Of a stretch of DNA of 64,000 nt, positions 57,406 to 64,000 are shown in pieces. Source of the stretch: an uncultured virus (IMG/VR IMGVR_UViG_3300035423_000032) (Duplodnaviria > Heunggongvirae > Uroviricota > Caudoviricetes); the IMG/VR virus record IMGVR_UViG_3300035423_000032, positions 1 to 64,000 of that record; one strand, 5' to 3'. Position 1 is the first letter of the stretch. Each line of letters opens with the position of its first letter. The notes under the pieces were generated by a model, which ran no database searches, had not been told where the DNA came from, and saw nothing but the letters and a program-made list of their open reading frames with translations. Made by a program: the position numbers and the translations under genes.

Positions 57406-58407
57406 TTATTTTATGCCGCTATCGGCACCCTGATTAAAGAGGTTAATCTGTGTACCCCCCCCCGCGACTCTCTTTTTGATAATGGGAATGTATTCGGGGG
57501 AAAGTTCTATGAGAATGAAATCTCTGCCGTTTTCCTTTGCTACTTCGCCAGTAGTCCCACTGCCTGCAAACGGGTCAAGCACCGTTCCGCCCACTCTACT
57601 GCCCGCAAGAATGCAGGGTTTGATTAAGTCTTTCGGGAATGTTGCGAAGTGTGCACCTTTGAATGGTTTAGTGGTTACGTCCCAAACGTCGCGTTTGCGC
57701 CGTGTGGGTCTGAAATCGTAAGCGTGTCCACTCTTTGTTCTGTAAAACTTATCGGGGTTCTCGGTGTATTTCTTACCGCCGTATCGAGGTAATTTTTCAC
57801 CAGTCTGTTCCGTCGGCTCTTTAAAACGTTTTGACGTATAGTCAACAACTGGTTCTTCAATAGCCTTGTAATCGAAGTAGTAATGCGCCGATTTTGAAAG
57901 CAAGAAAATGTATTCGTGTGATTTGGTGCATCTGTCCGTAACGCTTTCGGGCATAGGGTTCGGCTTATGCCAAATTATGTCCTGTCGCAAATACCAACCA
58001 TCAGCCCTTAATGCAAGGGCGAGTAACCAAGGAATACCCATTAAGTCTTTCGGTTTCATTCCGAGAGAAGACGGCTTTATAAGCTCGTGCTTGTGCGTTC
58101 CGAGAATGCCTTTGTTTGTTGCTTGTATCTTCGCAAGCGGGGTTGTTTGTCCTTTACCCTTTCCGCTACCCGCGTAACTGTCTGCTATGTTGACCCATAA
58201 CGTGCCGTCAGGCTTTAATACACGTCGAACCTCGCGGAATATATCGACGAGCTTTTCTATGTACTCGTCAACCGTCTTTTCAAGCCCGATTTGCCCCTCT
58301 ACGCCGTAATCTCTTAACTGAAAGTATGGTGGTGAGGTTACACAGCAATCAACGCTATTTTGCGGTAATGTTTTAAGTTTTTCGAGAGCCTCGCCTTGAA
58401 TAATCAC
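57406..58407 (-). CDS. N4C/N6A DNA methyltransferase (beta class)
   Basis: VTSPPY, HFATFP and DPFAGSGTT motifs. Confidence 0.92.
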   Translation of the reverse strand: MIIQGEALEKLKTLPQNSVDCCVTSPPYFQLRDYGVEGQIGLEKTVDEYIEKLVDIFREVRRVLKPDGTLWVNIADSYAGSGKGKGQTTPLAKIQATNKGILGTHKHELIKPSSLGMKPKDLMGIPWLLALALRADGWYLRQDIIWHKPNPMPESVTDRCTKSHEYIFLLSKSAHYYFDYKAIEEPVVDYTSKRFKEPTEQTGEKLPRYGGKKYTENPDKFYRTKSGHAYDFRPTRRKRDVWDVTTKPFKGAHFATFPKDLIKPCILAGSRVGGTVLDPFAGSGTTGEVAKENGRDFILIELSPEYIPIIKKRVAGGGTQINLFNQGADSGIK

Positions 58408-60209
58408 GCAGCCACCTTTTTCTTGCGCTTACCTTGCGCCGATGCCGTTTTGTCGAATTCCAGATTAAGGTCTTTCATTGTCGGTATATTGTCTTTAACT
58501 ACCGCAAGTTCGGGCACATTCGCCTTTACAAGAGCCGTAGCAACGGGCGGACATACCGCATTTCCAAGCCTTGCAACCTGTTTTGATTTGTTGTACGCTT
58601 TACCGATTTTGCTTTCTATGTCAATGCAATAATCGGCGGGAAAGCCTTGGGCGAGTTTCAGTTCTTCGGGTTCAAGCATTCTCATTCCAACGTCGGAAAT
58701 AAAGTACTGCACACCTGCAATTTCAAAAATAAGAAGTTCGTCCTTAGCTATGTTGTAACCCGCATAGTTGTTTAAAAGGTCGCGCACCATATCCCACTTT
58801 CCGAGATTTTGAGTAACGCCGACTTTCTGCAGATAAGTGCTTACTAAAACTTCGTGCGCCTTTGCAGTTACTGTGGGGAACTGTTCTCTTAAATCTGAGC
58901 ACCCCATGTGATTACGCAATACGCATAAATGCTGTTCTACGAGATAGTGGCGAGGCTCAACAGTAACCGTTGCCAACGGGCTATCGGGACTGCTTGCGTG
59001 GTCTGCGCCACCGTAATAGTGCATTATGTTTGCTGTCATAAGGTGTTCGTGATTCGTGCCCGTAATGGTAGGCATAGGCTTGTCTGCACCGCTACCCCTA
59101 CCGTCCGCACCGTCGCCGTATCTACTGGAAAGATTAACGGAAACCAAAGCGTTGTGGTCAATTCCAGTTACTGTCGGCGCAGGATCTGTTATGTCTGCGC
59201 CCTTCTGATAATCACCGCTGTAATGTTTTGCCAAGTACTTGGCTTCAAGTTTAGGCTCAATAAGGTAGTGGTGATTTGCGGAAGTCTGCGTCGACATAGG
59301 TTTGTCGGGGTCTTGCGCCGTATTCGAGTAGTTCATTTCCATAATGAACGGCTGAGGGTTCTTGATTACAAACTTATCAAGCCCACGCGCAATTCTGCGT
59401 AATGTGTTGGGGACAAGCACTTTCTTTCTTCCAAAAATGGACGGACATTCAAGCAACCAGTTGATGCAGTCTGCGGCGGTTCTGTAAGGTTCCAACCCCT
59501 TACCTTCGCCGTGTGTCGGTTCGGGCCATACGATAGGCTTTTTGTCGCAACGAGCAATAAGGTAGAAACGCTTTCTTATTGTGGGCGCGCCGTAATCGCA
59601 GGCTTTAAGCACTTTCCATTCGACTTCGTAACCGAGCGCGCGCAGTTGCTCAACAAATCTGTTGAATGTCTGCCCGGCGCGTTTTTTATCGGGTTCAAAC
59701 TGCTGCTGTTCTGCCGAAAGCACTTCGCCTTTTTCGGCGGTTATGTACTTAGTTTTGCCTCCCACTTTTATGATTTCTTTTACACAACGTCCATTTACGC
59801 GAATAGTCTTTAAGGGTCCCCAAGTCGTAAATTCTTCGACGTTTTCAAGAATGATTACACGGGGACGGACCATTCCAGCCCATTTGAGCGCAATCCACGC
59901 AAGACCGCGTATATTCTTCTTGACGGGCGTATTACCTTTCGCTTTGGAAAAGTGGGTGCAGTCGGGCGAAAGCCACATAAGACCTACGGATCGCCCTTGC
60001 GTAATTTCTTTCGGGTTTACACCCCACACGTCTTCCATAAGGTGTTGCGTGTAAGGGTGATTAACTCCGTGCATTGCTATTGCATCGGGGTTGTGGTTTA
60101 TCGCAACGTCAACAGGCACGCCGAGCGCAAGTTCTATTCCCGTGCTTGCGCCGCCGCCGCCAGCGAAGTTGTCAACTATCATTTCACGCAGAAGGTTGTC
60201 TTGATACAT
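58404..60209 (-). CDS. C5 cytosine DNA methyltransferase
   Basis: DNFAGGGG, SPDCTHFS, ENVEEF, R.RF, RML.P.EL..AQGFP and GNAV motifs. Confidence 0.92.
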   Translation of the reverse strand: MYQDNLLREMIVDNFAGGGGASTGIELALGVPVDVAINHNPDAIAMHGVNHPYTQHLMEDVWGVNPKEITQGRSVGLMWLSPDCTHFSKAKGNTPVKKNIRGLAWIALKWAGMVRPRVIILENVEEFTTWGPLKTIRVNGRCVKEIIKVGGKTKYITAEKGEVLSAEQQQFEPDKKRAGQTFNRFVEQLRALGYEVEWKVLKACDYGAPTIRKRFYLIARCDKKPIVWPEPTHGEGKGLEPYRTAADCINWLLECPSIFGRKKVLVPNTLRRIARGLDKFVIKNPQPFIMEMNYSNTAQDPDKPMSTQTSANHHYLIEPKLEAKYLAKHYSGDYQKGADITDPAPTVTGIDHNALVSVNLSSRYGDGADGRGSGADKPMPTITGTNHEHLMTANIMHYYGGADHASSPDSPLATVTVEPRHYLVEQHLCVLRNHMGCSDLREQFPTVTAKAHEVLVSTYLQKVGVTQNLGKWDMVRDLLNNYAGYNIAKDELLIFEIAGVQYFISDVGMRMLEPEELKLAQGFPADYCIDIESKIGKAYNKSKQVARLGNAVCPPVATALVKANVPELAVVKDNIPTMKDLNLEFDKTASAQGKRKKKVAA

Positions 60210-60213
60210 AGCA

Positions 60214-60870
60214 TTACCCCCAAATCAACCTATCTCGTCTGAAATCGTCGCCCATAATCTTGCGAATGCTACCTTTCATAAAGACCCTTATTCCGCGCTT
60301 GTCGGCTTGCTCAACGATTCGGGTTATCCATTCCTTTTGCGGAATAACCTTACCTTTGCGGTTGCCTGTTTCCGCGCCGATTATAAGCTGACGCGTTCTA
60401 CCCAAAATCGAAGACAAGTCAAGCGGTTCAAGTATCGGCTCAATGCTAAGGAAGTCCGTTATCTCGTCTTCACCAAGCGCGTCGACCTGCGACTGCATTG
60501 TTATGGTCTTTCCGATAAAGAGCGGAAGTTTGCCTCCGTACTTCTTGCAGAATTCGTCGAGAATTGCATAGTCAATTCCATTTTCAATGGACTGTCCTTC
60601 TTGCTCGCGTTCTCCCCTTTTGGCTTGCTTTAACATTTCGCCGTAAGTCATTCCATTTAAAGCGGCGCGCGAATCGTCGTACCCCATAAGCCTTAACCGT
60701 TTCTTGGCTGTTCTCTCGCCAAGTTCACTGCTACCACTACCGCCTTGTTGGTACAGGTAAGGTATATCCGTGTAAATACAGTCAATACTCTTATCGGGAA
60801 TGCGCTTTATGGCTTCGTATGCGTCAACGCATTGTATTGAGTTTTCTTCAAAGGGTCCTATCATACGCAA
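60214..60870 (-). CDS. Chimera: methyltransferase N-terminus fused to a DUF5131 (Gp37/Gp68)-like C-terminus
   Basis: CVDAY...IPDKSID...TDIPY, then FLSIEP...IIGAETG...WI...VFMK; no SAM-binding motif. Confidence 0.65.
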   Translation of the reverse strand: MRMIGPFEENSIQCVDAYEAIKRIPDKSIDCIYTDIPYLYQQGGSGSSELGERTAKKRLRLMGYDDSRAALNGMTYGEMLKQAKRGEREQEGQSIENGIDYAILDEFCKKYGGKLPLFIGKTITMQSQVDALGEDEITDFLSIEPILEPLDLSSILGRTRQLIIGAETGNRKGKVIPQKEWITRIVEQADKRGIRVFMKGSIRKIMGDDFRRDRLIWG

Positions 60871-61148
60871 GCGGTAGCAACTTTGTAAAATTTAAGGTTC
60901 TGTTCGGAATAGGTAAATTTAACGTCAATTCCCTTTTTCTTCATTCTCTCGACAATCTCGTCAGGACCGTGGCGGCGAATTAAAGTCTTTATGTACTGCT
61001 CGGTTGTTCCGAGATATTCAGCCAACTTCGCACAAGTCAAGTTCTTTTCAAGCGGAGAGAAACTGCAACACTCGCCCTTTTTGCAAGGACGCACTGAGGG
61101 TTCACAGTTTACAATGCGCTGGCAGTTCCAGCATAAGTTTCCTTCCAT
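60861..61148 (-). CDS. Cys-rich + HTH-like small protein
   Basis: LCWNC; KLAEYLGTTEQYI. Confidence 0.6.
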   Translation of the reverse strand: MEGNLCWNCQRIVNCEPSVRPCKKGECCSFSPLEKNLTCAKLAEYLGTTEQYIKTLIRRHGPDEIVERMKKKGIDVKFTYSEQNLKFYKVATACV

Positions 61149-61153
61149 TGCAA

Positions 61154-61573
61154 CTAAACCCCCGTTACAGACTTCGGCACCTCGTCGTCAATGTCATTTT
61201 CCATAAACGGTTCGTAAGTGTCTTTGAAGAATTCGCCGAGCTTGATTTTCATTTGACCGTCGCGCCCAGCCTTTTTGTCCATAGTGCGAATGGTTTTTAA
61301 AAGGTTAAACACATGCTTGTACAAATGCGTAGTTACGGTGTCCGATTCTTCTTTCGTGCAAACATAATAACCGCCTTTATACGAGCCTATAACCTTTTCG
61401 AGTTCACCGCTATTGCGGATTTCCCGAATGTGTACACGCAGCGTGCGTTTAGACATACCAAACATTGCGCTCAAATCTTTTGCGCTGATGGCATTTTCCT
61501 TGCCGACGTGATTTTTCAGCTCGTCATAAAGACGGTAAGTGATACTTTCGTGGTGTTTAGTTTTAATCCCCAT
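61154..61573 (-). CDS. Winged-HTH protein
   Basis: NAISAKDLS..FG.S.RTLR..I..IR...GYY. Confidence 0.75.
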   Translation of the reverse strand: MGIKTKHHESITYRLYDELKNHVGKENAISAKDLSAMFGMSKRTLRVHIREIRNSGELEKVIGSYKGGYYVCTKEESDTVTTHLYKHVFNLLKTIRTMDKKAGRDGQMKIKLGEFFKDTYEPFMENDIDDEVPKSVTGV

Positions 61574-61612
61574 ATTGTCAATCCTTTTAATAGTTTCTTT
61601 TGATTACCGCGC

Positions 61613-61810
61613 TTAGTCGTTCTCGGCGAGATAATCAATGCTTACCCCAAGCACATTTGAAATAGATTTCGCTATCACAAGAGAAGGTACTTTGTAACCG
61701 CTCTCAAAATTGCAGTAAGCAGGCTGAGAAACACCTATTGCTCTGGCTACTTCTCTTTGAGTTAAGCCTTTCTTTTCTCTTGCTGTTTTAAGTCTGTCGG
61801 AAACAGCCAT
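61613..61810 (-). CDS. Cro-like XRE regulator
   Basis: LK.AR.KKGLTQ.EVA..IGVSQ..Y...E.G...PS. Confidence 0.9.
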   Translation of the reverse strand: MAVSDRLKTAREKKGLTQREVARAIGVSQPAYCNFESGYKVPSLVIAKSISNVLGVSIDYLAEND

Positions 61811-61859
61811 TTTTTTGAACTTCCTCCTTTAAAATGTGCTTTTGATAACCTATCGGTTA

Positions 61860-61888
61860 TTGACAAGTAGGGACTTTTGTGGTAAAAT
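61860..61888 (+). promoter_or_regulatory. SigmaA promoter toward the repressor (lysogenic)
   Basis: TTGACA-17 bp-TAAAAT with TGn extension. Confidence 0.75.
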
Positions 61889-62002
61889 ACTTTCGCTACA
61901 AAGAATTATCAAAAAAGCCTACTTGCCAATAAACTGCCCCCACTTTGCGTTTTCGGGGGTGGTAGGTTTTGGTTATCGTCTTTTTTGATAACCTTGGTTA
62001 TC

Positions 62003-62031
62003 ATTATATAGGAACTTTCCTGCATTGTCAA
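62003..62031 (-). promoter_or_regulatory. Consensus sigmaA promoter toward cro (lytic) with an operator in the spacer
   Basis: TTGACA-17 bp-TATAAT; palindrome AGGAACTTTCCT at 62010-62021. Confidence 0.85.
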
Positions 62032-62041
62032 CTATTTTTGC

Positions 62042-62053
62042 AGGAATTTTCCT
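62042..62053. promoter_or_regulatory. Second putative repressor operator
   Basis: AGGAATTTTCCT, the same AGGAA-N2-TTCCT palindrome. Confidence 0.65.
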
Positions 62054-62078
62054 AAATTATTTTTTTAGGAGAATTACT

Positions 62079-62495
62079 ATGGATAAAGCAACTGAAATCA
62101 TTATCGAACTTATGACACAACGCGGACTTTCCGCCCGCCAGTTAGAATCGTCGGCTAATTTATCGAATGCAAGCATTCAGGCGTGGAAAAGCGGAAAGGC
62201 ACGCCCCTCGGTAGATGCACTTGTTAAGCTGTCGGACTACTTTGGTGTATCGGTTGACTTCCTTTTGGGTCACGAAGTGCAAGAAAAAAAGTCGTCCCTT
62301 ACGGAACGACCTGCTTATGATATTGCCGAAAAGTTTGTTAGCGAGTTCGGCTCTCTGCTCTCGGAAAAGAATTTTATAGACTTCACAAAGCTCTACAATG
62401 TAATGAACGAGAACCAGAAGACGTTTTTACTTGCCAGAACGATAGGAATGTTGAATGGGCAAGGTATAAATACTCAAGCCATTGTCGGCTACTAA
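62079..62495 (+). CDS. CI-like XRE repressor (no S24 peptidase domain seen)
   Basis: AGGAG SD before ATG at 62079; WKSG...PS...L.KLSDYFGVSVDFLLG. Confidence 0.88.
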   Translation: MDKATEIIIELMTQRGLSARQLESSANLSNASIQAWKSGKARPSVDALVKLSDYFGVSVDFLLGHEVQEKKSSLTERPAYDIAEKFVSEFGSLLSEKNFIDFTKLYNVMNENQKTFLLARTIGMLNGQGINTQAIVGY

Positions 62496-62516
62496 TTTTT
62501 AACGGGGGTAAAAAGT

Positions 62517-63152
62517 ATGAAATCTATGTTTAAGAAATTGTTAATTGTTGCTTTTGCTGTGCTGTCGGCTACTCTTACACTCTTATTTGCTGGCTGTACA
62601 GACAATGACGATAGCTTGCAAGCTGAATTTGCCAAGTACCTTTCACTCGATAAGAAAAACGGCACCTACGCAATGAATTCGGAAACAAAGGTTAGCCTTT
62701 TCTCTTTCGATATGACGGACGATACGCTTCCGAAGTTCTGCATTGAATTTAATATTGAAGATAAGCCCCTTTCTGAATGGCTCGAACTGTCAAACGAGAA
62801 AAGAAAGGGTGACTTGAAAGCTATCGCGGTGTCGGCGCAGAACTTTATTGTGTTGAAAGATTATAGCAACCGTTGTCAGATATACATTTCGGTCATATAC
62901 AGTCCCGGCACGCAGTCCATATACGATTTGAACAAGGATACGCTGTACGTTCCGAATTGTGACAGTATTTTTTCGGAAATGTACAAAACCTACTCTACTT
63001 GCAGTCTAAATGAAGTAAGGGAAAGACCTACTGGACCCGACTGGCTCGCAAATAGAAACATTAAAGGTTCAAGCGACCTTGAATCAATGTGGGTTTATGT
63101 AAGTAATGGCGCACTGAAAATATCAGGCGAATCCAAATCGACAGCTGTTTAA
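62517..63152 (+). CDS. Lipoprotein (possible superinfection exclusion)
   Basis: Signal peptide with FAGC lipobox; lysogeny module. Confidence 0.75.
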   Translation: MKSMFKKLLIVAFAVLSATLTLLFAGCTDNDDSLQAEFAKYLSLDKKNGTYAMNSETKVSLFSFDMTDDTLPKFCIEFNIEDKPLSEWLELSNEKRKGDLKAIAVSAQNFIVLKDYSNRCQIYISVIYSPGTQSIYDLNKDTLYVPNCDSIFSEMYKTYSTCSLNEVRERPTGPDWLANRNIKGSSDLESMWVYVSNGALKISGESKSTAV

Positions 63153-63240
63153 ACTACCCCACCGCCGTGCTTTATTGAGCCGATTACTCGATTAAAGTAT
63201 AATTTCCCTTACGAATTTATTTTTGGAGGAAATTATACAA

Positions 63241-64000
63241 ATGAACCAATTTATCAAAGACTGCTTATCGAACATTGCCAAAAATTCGGAAGCCATTTCT
63301 GCCGCCTCGCAGGGCATAAACACAGCCGTCATAGCTATTTTAGGCTATACTGCCGGGCAACAGGACGCGCAAGACTTTGGTGGTATCTTTAATGCAGCAG
63401 AATCGTTAAACTCTTTTACTCAGGTAGAGAATGGGTCGCAAAATATCGTTTCGGTAAAACCTTTAATTGAGGTGATAAAAGAAATGATAATTGAACTCAA
63501 ACTCAAAGGCTCAGTCCGCGAACGTGAAAACGGGCTGATTGAATTCCGTAACCAACAACTCGGTTCGACTTACGGGAGGGACGAAAATGAAATAAAAGAA
63601 AAGTTATTAAGGAAAATTCGGGCACTGAAAAGCCACAGAAAATTACCGCAACAGCAAAATAAGAAAAAATTCCCTTTACTCTCGGAATTCTATACGCAAC
63701 GCTACTTGCCTTATAAACAGAGCCAAAAGCGAGCAGAAAACACTTTAAAGGGAATTGAGTACAACTATAAGTACATAATTGAGCAAGGCTTTGATAAGCC
63801 ACTCAACGAGTACACGGCGAAAGACATTAAGGACTTCCTTTTTGCGATAGATAAGACAAGGAAACGCCAGATTATTCAGGGAATGCTCAACAACCTTTTC
63901 AAATACGCAGTGTCGGAATCGCTCTTAACGGTAAACCCCTGCACCGCCATTGAAAAAATGGAGCATGATACGAATATGGGCACGTCCTTTTCATTTGTCG
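63241..64000 (+). CDS. int: Tyrosine integrase, N-terminal part (runs off the window end)
   Basis: Open frame to the end of the window; ENTL..IE..Y, LNEYT..DI..F and LNNLFKYAV...L..NPC core-binding pattern; catalytic domain not visible. Confidence 0.8.
   Translation, partial: MNQFIKDCLSNIAKNSEAISAASQGINTAVIAILGYTAGQQDAQDFGGIFNAAESLNSFTQVENGSQNIVSVKPLIEVIKEMIIELKLKGSVRERENGLIEFRNQQLGSTYGRDENEIKEKLLRKIRALKSHRKLPQQQNKKKFPLLSEFYTQRYLPYKQSQKRAENTLKGIEYNYKYIIEQGFDKPLNEYTAKDIKDFLFAIDKTRKRQIIQGMLNNLFKYAVSESLLTVNPCTAIEKMEHDTNMGTSFSFV

Larger units (their letters stand above)
1..64000. mobile_element. Temperate siphovirus-like prophage (both ends outside the window)
   Basis: Colinear integrase-repressor/cro-replication-terminase-portal-capsid-tail-tape measure-fibre modules; no host housekeeping genes; no att site or endolysin seen. 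Confidence 0.95.

Noticed and set aside
63503..63802. Minus-strand 99-aa ORF
   Set aside because: Antisense shadow of the integrase frame

Overview
The window holds most of a temperate, long-tailed (siphovirus-like) prophage, probably from a Firmicutes/Clostridia host (inferred from gene content, SD sequences and sigmaA promoters). Nearly all genes are on the minus strand. From the right: integrase (truncated), lipoprotein and XRE repressor on the plus strand; cro; about 28 kb of early genes (YqaJ/RecT, replisome organiser, G39P-like loader, radical SAM, PAPS reductase-like protein, six DNA methyltransferases plus one chimera, two SSBs, nucleases); then the late operon (terminase, portal, tRNA-fMet, protease/scaffold, capsid, neck, major tail, tape measure, tail tip and fibres), ending in a complete diversity-generating retroelement (DGR: target-avd-TR-RT). 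Three things stand out. (1) The single DGR template (1456-1543) matches two variable repeats with adenine-only mismatches: a local tail-associated target, and a remote Zn-ribbon protein about 49 kb away among the early genes, each with its own 9-bp hairpin. (2) A three-copy, covarying hairpin-AGCCAAAAGGGGCU-terminator RNA element punctuates the late operon, and a Com-like Zn-ribbon gene sits where a late regulator is expected. (3) All four G9 homopolymers I found lie on the coding strand of DNA-modification loci, suggesting phase-variable phage DNA modification; one tract controls both frames of a dual-coding C5 methyltransferase. Family assignments come from motif recognition by eye, with no database searches.
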